Assembly (NCBI GenBank): GCA_020891255.1
Contig: BQFW01000003.1
Coordinates: 372,001-436,000 of the forward strand
DNA length: 64,000 bases
Direction: 5' to 3'
Source: Entomortierella parvispora E1425
Taxonomy: Eukaryota; Fungi; Mortierellomycota
Part shown: positions 34,510-46,500 of the stretch, in pieces
How the letters are laid out: every line of letters starts with the position of its first letter
Numbering within the stretch: position 1 is the first letter of the stretch
Notes under the pieces: model-generated
Seen by the model: only the letters and a program-made list of their open reading frames with translations
What the model was told of the DNA's origin: nothing
Database searches by the model: none
Program-made: the position numbers and the translations under genes

Positions 34510-37500
34510 GATGGTTGCGATAGCTTTTTTTTTTGTTTAGAGTGTTTCCTGTGAGTTTCCTGCTGCGAGAGTCGACAAGTGTGGAGTTGGATCCAAGTGG
34601 ATTTCGTCTTTTAGATGAATGAGGGGTGAAAAGACGATGAAAGCGGCCCATCAGATTCACAGATGGGGAATCGCCCTCCCTTTTATACCATTCCCATTGT
34701 GTTTGGATTGGCCCCCCTCTTTCTTATTTTTTTTTTTTTCTTTTTTTTTTTTTGTCTTTCCCTGGGTTCAGTGACACCGCCATTGGGAAGCGCGGTCGGG
34801 GTGCGGATTTTCCTATTTCTGAGTGGATGGATGTGTCTGAGTGACTTTGATAATTGTCCCATGCAGCGACGGAGTTTAGGGCGGAGACCCCTGGTATCTA
34901 GACGACCGATCGATGGATGTGCGGAGATACTGTAGCTGCCACACTCATGAAGAGACAAGCCAACGGTGTGGCCACAGCGAAAGTCCTCCGACTTTGACAG
35001 ACTGGTAACGGAGCTAGGACTGTGCTACCAACGCCTAGATTGTCTAGGAGCCCACAAGCTACTGTGACAACAGCAATTGGGCCTCGAATGTCCTGCTCTG
35101 CGCTTTGCTCTTTGTTCTCCCTCGGCTGGGTGCTGTTTTGCTCTTCCCGTTAACGCAGCTTAAGCCACGATGATGCCATTTTGCTGCGTAGCCGTTGTTT
35201 TACTTTTGCTTTTACTCTTCATGTGCCAAGGCAAGCCCCCCTTTTCATACAGGCTCGTCTGTTGCAAAGTCTCCTGTCGGTCGTTTAGAAGGTGCTGACA
35301 TGAAAAAGGATAATTTCGATCGAGTGAGGGGGACAGAGCAAAAGAGAGATAAGGGTGTCGGCAATTGGAGAATCAGGGACAGAGGGCGTGGCATAGATCG
35401 AGGCAGGCGAAATGCAGTAGCGAGATTATCTCTTTTTTTTGTTGTTCCTGACAATGATCCGTTGTCCCGAGCTCTTCATGCAAGGTAGTCGCGTTGTGCC
35501 CTGGAAGAAGGAGAGAAGGAAAATTAAAGACTGTGCTCGCAATTGCCAAATACCCGTCTTCTACCACTAGCAGGCAATCGGTACCTTCAAAATCGCGAAT
35601 ACCTGTTTGGATCATTGGGTTTCCGGATAGGATAGCCAGGTTTCGAAACAGGAATAGAGGCAAGGAAGCATCACAAGGACCGGGAGCAAAGGGATGGGGG
35701 AAACTGCAGAGCAAGGGCCACATTCTCCACGGTTCCGCACGTCAGGGGGGAAGAAAGAACACAGGGGAAAAAAATGGTACAGTGATACAACACAGGGCGG
35801 CCGATGGACAAGGACAAGATCTCTCCTGCCCGGTCGCTGTCTTCTATTCTATGTTGATTTTTGAAACAAGGCCTTGGGGTGCGCCAATGCTCCACGGAAA
35901 AGTGTTTCCGAGTGTAGAGAACCCACACACAGGCTATACCCTCTTTTTAACGACTCTTAACACGCAGGACCAAACTGGCCGATAGAAGGTTGATTTTCCG
36001 GGAACTTATTTTACCAAGTGATTGCCGACCGATCTGACGTACCTGTTCAGCAGCTGAGAGCAATGTCGCCGAAACTTTGCCATGTGCCCTTCCACTTCTC
36101 CTCCAAGCCTCCAAAAAAAAAAAAAAAAAAAAAACTTTGACAGAATTGTAAAGAACAGGAATACTAATGAACACGAGTCCGTTTCTGATATAGTCTGGGT
36201 TACCGCAGAACCTGAAGTCTGGGATTACAAAGGCAGCTGGCTGGCTCCGAAGAATTGTAAGCAAACTGGCAAAGCCAAGAAAGCTGGTACGGGAGTTGAG
36301 TGGACAGGATCCAATTCAAATTCACCTCCAGACCTCAAGTCAGGGGTAGTGGATTACTCAAAGTAGAAGGGAGAGAACAGATGAGCGGAAAGGGACGCGT
36401 GTGCGATCTCTCCAGAAGACGGAAAATGCGAAGTCGTCCTCTTTACCGCGCCGTAGTCGATTCGCATTCAATCGGAGGGAGGAAGCAAAAGGAAATAAAA
36501 AGTCTCGGCCTTCCAAAAGGTTGGCCTTTGCTTATAAACAACCTGCCCCGTTCTCCACCTCTCTCTTGGAATCCGAATCTTTCCATCCAGATTTCTTCAC
36601 ATTGCTCTATCTCTGCTTTTCTGTCTTGGCACCATTCGCAAGTCAACAAAAAGCTACCTTTCAGATCTCGGTTTTTGGTAAGTTGGAGGGGTCGTACGAG
36701 CCTCGCACAGCAGCCTTTGCCTTCACCCCCGGCCCAAAGGGCTGGTGGACAGATCCGAACGTCAATCCTTCCCGTTTCTTCTTTGGTGGCACCAGCCCGA
36801 TGCTTTGGACTCGAGCTGCAACTGATACTATGACTGGAAGGAATATCTATAATCGAAGGTTCCTTTTGCGAGCGAATTCTGTTTTGGGGTCCTATCGTCA
36901 TCGTATTCTTGATGCAAATAAGGACGCATGAAGGGCACACTTTGCCACGCGCCATTTCGCCCCCAGTCGATCATTGCTCGGCATGACATGCGCAAATCGT
37001 CGACTTTATGTCCGCAGACTTTTAATAAAGAGTCTGCAACAATTGCATGCAGCGGAGCCCTTGCTCCGACTTTGCAGAGTAGACCACCCAACTCACGGTC
37101 TTTGTTCATTTTTATCCATCCCTTGAACAGACACCCGCTCCCACGTTTCTGATCCAGATTCTTTTTGCAACAGCGAACGTTTCTGCAGCAAATTTCCGTA
37201 AGTCTTTTGAACGTCTTGTTTAGCCCGAGGAGGACGCAATCTTGCACACGGATACTTTTGCACGATTTGTTTTCTTTTGTTTTCTCCTTGGCGCGAGGGT
37301 TGGACGGATATTTGCGTGTTTCCTTTTTTGCTCTTCCAGGTTTGTGGTTTGTTCCTTCTCTCTCTCTCTCACAATCTGATCTTGGAGCAGCGTGCGGAAC
37401 AACCAGTTTATATTCGGCGGTGGTTAGGACCGAAAGGGGGGGGGGAGAGTGGGTTGGCCAACTGGGAAGTTTTTTTTTTTTTTTTTTTTTTTTGGTTGCG

Positions 37501-39739
37501 TGGTCTGGATGTCCACTTTGGGGAATAATCTCAATCGACAGAGATGGGCTCGTCGGCATTTCATTCAACCTGTTTGTTGTTCAACTTTTCCCTCCTCTTT
37601 CCTGTCTTGTGGACCCTGCCACCAGGCCCTAACTCAACCACTCCCCTTCGACATGGCAGCACACTCATCATTCCCCTCCCCCCCCCCCCCCCTCGGTTTT
37701 GCGGTTCTGCGGGGTTTGTCTTTTCTCCCTTGGCAAGGGGGTTGTGTCTGAGAGGGAGGTGAGCACAACAGGAGGGCGAAGGAGAATGGGCGAAATCCAG
37801 AAGAGTGGTAACATTGGTAAAATCGCTCAAACAGTGGGTATGTACGAGTTTTGTTACGTGGCCTTCAGATCGGAGGCCAGCCGGATCGAGCGAAGCTGAG
37901 GTCATTCTGTGCCTTCTTTGAGCGCACGAGCACCAAGAGGAAAAAAAAAATTCAAGCAAAAAAGATCGGCATCTTCGTTCAACCGGTTGTTGGTAAAGCA
38001 GTCCCCTGGAACAGGGCGGTGGGACAGGGCCTCTATTTGCGGACAATCCCCCTCTCCGGTCGTCAACTCAGCACGCTGCATGGGCCAGGCCAGGCCCAGG
38101 ACGGAGAGCCTTGGGGATGGACCTCACCCCTTCCCGGCACCGCATTCCCCGAACAACCCAAAAAAGAACCGAAGAGCAAGTGAATCGGTGTGAATTGGTC
38201 AAAGGCCAAGGAGAAGGGCGGCAAAGGGGGATCGCACGCGCTACTCTTATTCAATGTCATTCAGTTCATTTATTTCGGCCACTCCGCCTCCTCCGCTGCA
38301 TTATTATGAAAGCACTCCTCTTTGCTTCCTGTTCTTTTTTCTCTTCATTCTTCACTTTTCTCTCTTCTTTTCTCTTTCTGTCTCTCTTTCTCTCTTTCCG
38401 TCCTGTCCCTTTGCGCTCCGGAACAGATCGTCAACGACACACTCAACACCCTTCCTCACTGTCTCTGTCTCCTCGCCTCCTCACTTCCCTAACTACCCTC
38501 TCACGACACACTCTTGACTCTCACTCACTCACGAATAATCACTGCCACATCCTCACGCCACCTCTCTTGCTCTAGCTGTCGTAGGCCAACACTTCCACAG
38601 CAGCCTTCTCAATTGCCTGCCATCCTCTTCAGACTTCCAGCTATACCCACTCTGCACTCTTGATTCAAAAGGTGAGGCGATTATGATCTGTCCTGCCCCT
38701 TCTTCTTGTCTCCCTCCCTTTCTCCCTTATCACCCTTCCAGACCCTTTCCACTCACGACCGAACAAACAACACACAAGACCTCCCGCCAACACACACACA
38801 CGGCCACAACAACAACATTTCGCTTGGCCAGTGCGGCCATAACCTTCCTGGAAACCACTCTCCCCTTGCACGATAACAAAGATCAGGCCATTCCATTCAG
38901 CCCAATCCACCCTACCTCGGCCAAAGCACCTCCAGATCAGCGCGACTTTTTTTTGTCTCTCTTTCTGGACTTCGCCCCGTCTGTCCCATCCTGCATCGTG
39001 CATTTTCCCGTCAATCCCCCCCTCTCTTCCTTGGTTCGTCCCAAAGTTCCCGATCATCCACATCCACCCACCCACCCACCCACCCCATGCACGTCTTCGC
39101 AGGCGTCCTTGCAACACCTGTTTTTCCTTCAATCCATGTTTTTTTGAACCAAAAGTCGGGTTTTGGATGCTAACAAGCATTCTCTCTTTTATTCCCCGTC
39201 CTCTCGTTCTTCGTTTGGCCCCCTCTAGAACCTGGTTGTCTCGCAACCCTTTTCTTTTTTTTCTGTGTGTTTGACCAGGATCATCCAATCTCCCCTCAGA
39301 CGACCCAAACCCAGGCGCTTTTGCTGCTCACATCATCCCCGTTTGGGAATCAATTGCAGTCGGACGACTTTATCCACGCGGCTCAGGTCATCATCCCACT
39401 CGAAAGTCCCCTTGGACCCAATCGACCCTATCGACCTTAACTCAAACAACCTTTTCTCGACACCTTCACTTTGTACCCCTCGCTCGCCCCCTCCTCCCCC
39501 GCCCCTCTCTCCGCGTACGTCCTTCACCACCTCATCCCACCGTCCTTGTCTCTCCACACACTATTTTCAGCATTGACGATAAAACAACGGCACCCAACCC
39601 CATTGCACCCACCAACAGCCCACACCATTGTACCACCCAGTCGATCTCTGCAACCTGGGCGCTCACCCCCCTAGCTGCAGCCGCACCCTTCTCGGCCCAC
39701 AGCTCAACAGCAACCCTGTGAGTCGTCCCTCCAAAGCCT

Positions 39740-42700
39740 ATGTCGGCCATCGGGACCACTAGAGTGTTTCTCGAGGTAGAAAGGCAGAGGTTGACTATGG
39801 AACAACCTTTGAGAACGTCGTCACCGTCAGCAATGGCAAAGTCGTCGGCAAAGGTACCTCGTTCCCCACAGCAACAGCAGGCCTCCATACCTCAATTTCA
39901 ACAACCAAGTCCTCCACCATTATCTTTACCAAAGCTCACAACGATACCAAGGTCAGGGACGAGTTCAACGTCCTCGTCCACCACACCTTCCCCCACCTCT
40001 TCTACCAACAGTTTACAAAACCCATTGGATACAGTCTCTTTCACCTTCAGTTCACCGCTCTTTTATGACCAAAAGCTCTACATCTACCACAGTCTCTTGA
40101 CCTTGTATCAACAGGTGGGACGATCGATTCAACAACATCCGACGGTGCTCCTGGTGCTTCAGTACTCTGTTGCGGCCGTACATGGCTTTACGGTCTATCT
40201 GTTGTCAGTGATCCTCTCTGTGGCGCAATTGATCATGATTACGGCCACGATTGAGAACTTGGATTGGATCCAGTCTCATAAGCCCCTGATGTTGGAGTGG
40301 GACAGTCGTTTCCCAGGCTTTGTCTTCCCAGCCATCGACACCAGTTACTCAGACTCTGACGCAGAGGAATCTACAGAGGACAGGAGTCGCCGCCATGGCC
40401 AGGGCGCCCCTGTCTCCCGACAGTCTATCCGTGGCGACCGTTACTGGAGTGGAAAGGCTGTCTTGAAGAGTGGCGATGACTCGATGGATGACGGCTATTA
40501 CTCTGAGGAAAACCAGAAGAGAATCGCCATCCAACGTTCCATGAACTCCACCCTTCGACGGAGACTGGCCCGATACCAGCAGTGGGTCCCTTCGTTCTGG
40601 TCACTCGAGGAAGAGCAGGAGCAAGGGGATTCTTCGGAGCCCTCTCTGCAAGAGGGGGAAGAAGATCAGGAGGAGGATGAAGAAGACGCGCAGGACCGCT
40701 ACCTCCCCTCCCGGATTCGCCGTGCGTTGGTCCGGACCCTTTCCAGCAGTTTTGGACCAGCGGTGACAGCCTCGACGGCCAAAGGCAAAAGGGTGACTTT
40801 TAATGAGCAGGTATTGATCCTAGGTCGCAGGCGATCTAGTGAGGCCTCGTCTTCGCGTCGTTCTTCGCTCCATGCCATGACCATAACCCCCTGTTCAAGC
40901 ACCACCACTGCCGCCAACACCACTTGCCCTGGTGAATCGTCCTCTGCTGGGTCAGAGAAAGCAGCCCACCCATCTGCCACCTCTTCTTGTGCCTCCTCCG
41001 TTTCGGGCGTGTCCACTGCAACATCTTTGGGTTCTGTAGCAGATGAAAAAGCAGCAACATTCGCATCCGATTTTTCGCCCGCGGCGGCAGAGACTTCTTC
41101 GACTAGTGCGAGTAGTGCTGCGCCCATTCCGCTCTCATCCTCCATCGCACAGGAAAAACTTTGCGCCATGGCCAAGGAGGAAGCAGAGTACCAGCGCCGG
41201 TCCTCCTTGTCGGGCGAAGACTCCAATGGTTCAGGCACTTCCTCGCCCTTGTTCCAACCAGATCCTCACCAGCAAAAGCCAACGTCGGCCATTCCACCGC
41301 CCACCGTGTCCTCACCACCCTCGGTGTCGGCCCCAACCACGCCTGCCCTTGCCAATACCTCTTTGACTTCTGATTTGAAGCGGTCGACCTCCGTACCGAT
41401 GAAGATTGGTTCCTTTCTCCATCGTCATCCACAGCAGCTGCCTCTTCAAGCGACTGCTCGCCATTCATCCACCTTTTCGGACGCGAGCACAGTGGGTCAG
41501 AACCCCAGGGCGCTGCCTGTTCATTTGTCCTTGCCAATTCAGCCAGGAACGGGTCCAGGAGTAGTTTCCTTGGCTGCCATGGTCCCTACCCATCCACGCG
41601 AATCTAGCGAGCCGGTCTCGCCTCGAACTTCCTTCTCTCTCAGCACTCGTGCCCGACGCTCCTTATCTTTGGCCACGCCTCAGCGTCCCCTGAGCAGTAG
41701 CGAGGCCTCCATAAGGTCGAGCTCGGACGAACAAGGACCTCCTTCCTTGGGACGTCGGGGCTCGACCGGTGGATTGACTGGCTCTGGACTGAAGGGCAAG
41801 AATTTCATGTACCGGATCGTGCACCCTCAACGCTACAAGCGCGAGATGGAGCAGCAAGTTTCCGAACAGGAACGTCAGCGACTCTTGACATTGGCTCAGT
41901 TGCAGCGACGCCACATTCTTTCCACGGACGGGATCTCGTCCCCGGTGCGTGTCACGTCTGCCTCGGAATCCGCGGCGCTGCAAACGGTGTCTGTCAACAG
42001 TCCTGTGCTCTGTGGAGACGCTTATTACTATGCGACCTCGGCCGTGTATGTGGAAGGATTGGGAGCCGAGAACTCTATGATCTCGACCTCGATTGGGACC
42101 TCGTTCCCAGAAGAGTTGCAAAGGGGAAAGAGCAAAAAGAGTAAAAAGGTCCAACGACCGGCGTCGTATGACTTTGGATGCGATCGACCCATCGTTGGAG
42201 CGGCCACGGCCTTGCCGACCAATACGGAATACGGCTACGGATCCGAGAACGACACCAGCTCTAGTCGGGTGAGCGAGGCTTTGGAAAAAACCAGGAAGCA
42301 ATCATCTGGATTCTTGTTCAGACGCGATCCTTTCAACAAGAAGAGCGCCGACTCACCTTCAACCCCTCAAAGGGCGTCCTCCACCAGCCGGTTGCATCAG
42401 CTCTTTTCGAATCCTGGACAGAAGCAGACGCAGACGCAGTCGACTTCGTCCTTGCTGGCGATTCCTGGGTTCTCTTCTTCTGCAATGTGTGGGACCTCCT
42501 CCGCGTCTTCTTCCGATAGCGAGTCTCCTCGACCAACGCCCAGGTACTCTTCCTCGGCTGCGGCGGGTGCGCATCGGTTGTTGAACCGGGCCCGATCCAG
42601 CTCCAGGAACTTTACCAGTTTCACAGCCTTGGGCATGCCCGCCAACCCTCCCGGCCATACCGTCTCGGCGCCCACCACCCCGGCCTCTGCTGCCGCGACC

Positions 42701-43282
42701 CTGCCCATCTACAGCAACGATGTGCCACAGCAGCGACAGCGTCTACAGGACCGGGAAATGGAACACACTTCCTTTGCCGCCTTTGGTTTTCCCTCCCCAA
42801 CGACCTCCCCCGTCCATTCTGCCCCTGCCTCGCCCAGACACTCCACCAGCTCCATGCCCGGTGATTTTCTCCAGGGTCGGATCCAGGCCATGAGTGATTT
42901 TCATGCCAATGTGATTCGAAGACATCCCTTCTTGGAGGCCGATTACCTGTTGGAACAGGATCAGCATCGGTACCTGCAACAGCAGCGTCAGCAGCAGCAA
43001 CAGCAGCATCTGCCTCAACATCAGGAGGTGTTGGAAGATGATAGTCAAGGTCTCTTCTATCCTGCCGCTGCTGCTGCATCCGAGACCGAGGTCAAAGCGA
43101 GCCCCAATGCCAGTCGTGAGACCTTGATCAGCGAGAAGGGCTTGGCCTTGCCAATGTCCCCACCACCACCGGCATCCTTCACACCTGTCTCTGTCAGTCC
43201 TGCAAAAGTCGTGTCGGAAAAGTCGCCCAGTCGCGGTTTGAGTTTTATCCGCAAGCTCAGCTTGAAAAAGAACAAAAAGTAG
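39740..43282 (+). CDS. Large S/P-rich disordered protein with an N-terminal hydrophobic segment and a KRVTF motif; single ORF of 1180 aa, true start may be a downstream ATG
   Basis: 3.5-kb stop-free ORF with coding-like composition. Candidate membrane segment VLLVLQYSVAAVHGFTVYLLSVILSVAQLIMIT. Basic C-terminus RKLSLKKNKK. Confidence 0.7.
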   Translation: MSAIGTTRVFLEVERQRLTMEQPLRTSSPSAMAKSSAKVPRSPQQQQASIPQFQQPSPPPLSLPKLTTIPRSGTSSTSSSTTPSPTSSTNSLQNPLDTVSFTFSSPLFYDQKLYIYHSLLTLYQQVGRSIQQHPTVLLVLQYSVAAVHGFTVYLLSVILSVAQLIMITATIENLDWIQSHKPLMLEWDSRFPGFVFPAIDTSYSDSDAEESTEDRSRRHGQGAPVSRQSIRGDRYWSGKAVLKSGDDSMDDGYYSEENQKRIAIQRSMNSTLRRRLARYQQWVPSFWSLEEEQEQGDSSEPSLQEGEEDQEEDEEDAQDRYLPSRIRRALVRTLSSSFGPAVTASTAKGKRVTFNEQVLILGRRRSSEASSSRRSSLHAMTITPCSSTTTAANTTCPGESSSAGSEKAAHPSATSSCASSVSGVSTATSLGSVADEKAATFASDFSPAAAETSSTSASSAAPIPLSSSIAQEKLCAMAKEEAEYQRRSSLSGEDSNGSGTSSPLFQPDPHQQKPTSAIPPPTVSSPPSVSAPTTPALANTSLTSDLKRSTSVPMKIGSFLHRHPQQLPLQATARHSSTFSDASTVGQNPRALPVHLSLPIQPGTGPGVVSLAAMVPTHPRESSEPVSPRTSFSLSTRARRSLSLATPQRPLSSSEASIRSSSDEQGPPSLGRRGSTGGLTGSGLKGKNFMYRIVHPQRYKREMEQQVSEQERQRLLTLAQLQRRHILSTDGISSPVRVTSASESAALQTVSVNSPVLCGDAYYYATSAVYVEGLGAENSMISTSIGTSFPEELQRGKSKKSKKVQRPASYDFGCDRPIVGAATALPTNTEYGYGSENDTSSSRVSEALEKTRKQSSGFLFRRDPFNKKSADSPSTPQRASSTSRLHQLFSNPGQKQTQTQSTSSLLAIPGFSSSAMCGTSSASSSDSESPRPTPRYSSSAAAGAHRLLNRARSSSRNFTSFTALGMPANPPGHTVSAPTTPASAAATLPIYSNDVPQQRQRLQDREMEHTSFAAFGFPSPTTSPVHSAPASPRHSTSSMPGDFLQGRIQAMSDFHANVIRRHPFLEADYLLEQDQHRYLQQQRQQQQQQHLPQHQEVLEDDSQGLFYPAAAAASETEVKASPNASRETLISEKGLALPMSPPPPASFTPVSVSPAKVVSEKSPSRGLSFIRKLSLKKNKK

Positions 43283-43581
43283 AGAGACCCAAAAAAAAAA
43301 AAAAATGAGAAACCTCCCCCCTCATACTTGTATATACCCCTCATCCCTTCAACTCCTACCACCACCACCACCACCACCATTGTATACTTAGAGTAAACTA
43401 ATCCTGTCACAATAGAAAAAAAAAACAATTGAAAAAAGAACCCTTGGCATTGTCAAAATACAAAACAATAGGATGATGGTCAAAAATGATGATTGTAATT
43501 CAGGTTTGGTCTATTTGAAGTTCTAGGGATGAATGACAATCTTGATGCAAGAGGGGGGGGGGGGGAATGGGAAAATCTTGT

Positions 43582-46500
43582 CTATTCCAAGTCAATGGAA
43601 TAGGGGAGCAGCTTCAGGACCGCACGCGCCAAGTAAGCGTGGGTTCCTTCCTTGCCCTCCTGAGGCAAATCGTAGAACATACGACGGGCCAAGCGCTCAT
43701 GGTGCTCAAAGCCCACCGCGGCCAAAGATCCAACAGGGGCAGCAGAAACAATGGTAAACCCAGGAGCTCCGTTGACACCGGCCTGGCCACGTCCACCAGG
43801 TCCATTCACGACCCACTTCTTCCAGAACTTGTCCATTGCCTCTCTCATAATCATGGGCAGGTCAATAATCTCGGGTTGCACCTCCATGCCTGGGTTTTTG
43901 TCCTCAATCTTGGCAATCACCATCAAAGTCTCGACCGCAATCTGACGCTCAGCTGGATCCAAGATAACTCCCAAGAAATTTTCGACCGCAAGGGCAAAGT
44001 TGAACTCTTCGGGGGTCTTCTCAGAGACAATGGGGTCTCGGGGCAAGAAGTGGGATCCAATACGGAAACCGGCAGCTCTGGACAAGATTCTCCAGACACG
44101 AGGGTAGAATTTGCTGGGGACACGGTTCAAGGAGCCATCGTTCTTGCGACGGCGCAACCAGCGACCGGATGAGTTTGGCACAAATGCAGCAATGGCTGAA
44201 GGCGAAGGGAAGACATCGCCATCGTCGGCCTTGGCTTGGTAAAGGCTCAGGTCGATCGTCTTCTCCAAAACATCAGTGGGCCCATCCGTGAACGCCTTGT
44301 GGGCCTCAGCAGCTGTAGTACCTTCCTTGCCTATTCATAGACATGGACACAGACAAACAACTATTAGTAAATTTTGCAAAAACTTACTTTTTTTCTGTCC
44401 CTCCGTGTTGCTTACCCTTTTCGCCAATCATGCACCAAGAGTCACGGTACTTGAGGTCGTTAATACGCCCACTGCCGAGCTGCTTCAAGGCAGTACGGGC
44501 AGCAGGCGTCAAGTGCTCAAAGCAGTCATCCTTGCAAGCGCAGATGACAATCATGCCGGGCTGAAGCCAGTCGATCAGGCGAGCCAGATCGTCACTTTCA
44601 TCCTCTGAAATGTGAGTATCGAAAGACACAGCCTCGATCAAGACGCCCTGGACAGGGTCGACCACAACCATGTTGATACCGCGCGAAGAGACAGACATGG
44701 TACTTTCGTTGATCATAATCTTGGAAAAGTTGCCAGAGTGATATCCTCCGGACTGGACCTTGATGGTGAGTGTGGTCGATCCCTTGGCCATGTTGGGGAT
44801 AGGAAGGGCACCAACGGAGGCAGAGGGGCCGGATGAGGAAATGTTGGAGCTGACATCTCCACTTTCGCTCATCAACGAAATATTTCCGTATTGACGACGT
44901 CCGGAAATAGGGCTGAGGCGACCGGAAGACTGGTTACGAAGAAGAGTGTTGGTGGCGTTGGAGCTGAGAGTAGGTCCAGAGAGAACGGTTCCGAGCAGAG
45001 ACTTGAGCTCAAAGGGAGAAAGCTGCATCAAATGCTCAACAGCGTCAGTCTCATCGCAGCTGTTCAAACGAGAGATCTCCTCGCGGAGAGCAATGATCAG
45101 GAAATGGGTACGGAGTCGCATGATACCCTCAAACATATCGGGATCGGCGCGAATGAAGGATCCGAGGTAGATGAGAACCTCCTGTACAACAGGTCCCTCA
45201 CGAACATCGTCAAAGTTGTTGTCATAAATCATCCTGCTCAAGACATCGGGTCCAATGGGGCTGGTGATAAAGTGCTCTGTAGGACCAGAGCCAATGGTGA
45301 CCTGCTTTTGGCGAATGACCAAATCAGTAATGTTGATTGTAAGGGAGTTGACGACCTTGGTCAGCAATCCAGCAGCCTGACGGACAATCGACCAAAGTTT
45401 CAACTGCAGCGACTTGAAGTAAACCTCTTCCAAAAGAGTCTCGACTGTAGCCTCCAAGTTGTAGACGTAAAAGTCGGCTCCCTGGCACGAGAGAAGGTAT
45501 TGAAGAAGATCTATAAAGTGCATTGAGTGGTTAGTTATGGTTCGGTCGATATGATGACAAATGCCACCCCATAGCTACTGCCTGCACTTACCAATTTGAT
45601 CGTAGAGGTTGACGGAAATCGAGAGCATACTCATGGCTGCATCCATGCTGGATGGGTCGCCCAAAATCAGACCCAAGCTCTCCATACCATCGGCTGACTC
45701 TTCCTCCTCCTCACCAGTGGCCTCTGCAAGTGTGTCTGAAATCTCAAGGTTGGCCAAATCAGGGGTAAGGCTGGCACCTCCATTTTTGCGGTTGGTGCGA
45801 GGTTCCTCGTGGTCCTTGAGTTTGAAGGCCTTGACCTGTTCCTGCCTGGTGTTACGAGGAGTATAAGGCTCAGAGGCTTGGGAGGTCGCGGCAGGGGTCA
45901 TGGTCAGTGGAGAGCCAGGGAAAGTAGCCTCCAAAGGTGTCTGCACTTGCGATTGCGATCCAAAGTAGTTGTCGCCCTCTTGTTCACTGTTGACAGCAGG
46001 CGTAGTAAGGGAAGCGAGCGAGAATCCAGTTCCAAAGGTCGATGACTGGCGACGAATAGACCAGCGGTGGTGGCCAGGGGTTCTGCTTCCACCGGGGGTG
46101 GCAGCCTGAGTCTTCTTCTCGTTCAATCCAAGCTTTCTGGCAGTGCGGCCCTTGCGACGGTCAGCGGCACCACGAAGGATACCAAGCCAATCAATGTCCT
46201 TCTTGGTGACCAGGAAGTCGAGGGACTCAATGCAGGAGGTGTTGACCATCTCACTCAAACGTCCAAGGCGGACACGGACATTGTTGCACATGCCGTTGCG
46301 CAAGCTCATGAAGAAGTTGAGAAGGTTGCGCTTGTTGTCCTTCTGAGGCGTCGATCCAAGCGAGGCCTTTCTCCAGGTGGTGAGGCCAGCCTCAGACTGG
46401 GATGCAAAGCTGCGAGACCTTGACAATCCACCCAACATGGCATGGGTCAACAATACGGTCATAGTAGGACGACCTGGGCTTACCCAGTACTGGCGAACAA

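Noticed and set aside
36082-36931. Short + strand ORFs in the long intergenic region
   Set aside because: No recognisable domain, one runs through a poly(A) tract, and I found no convincing splice partners.
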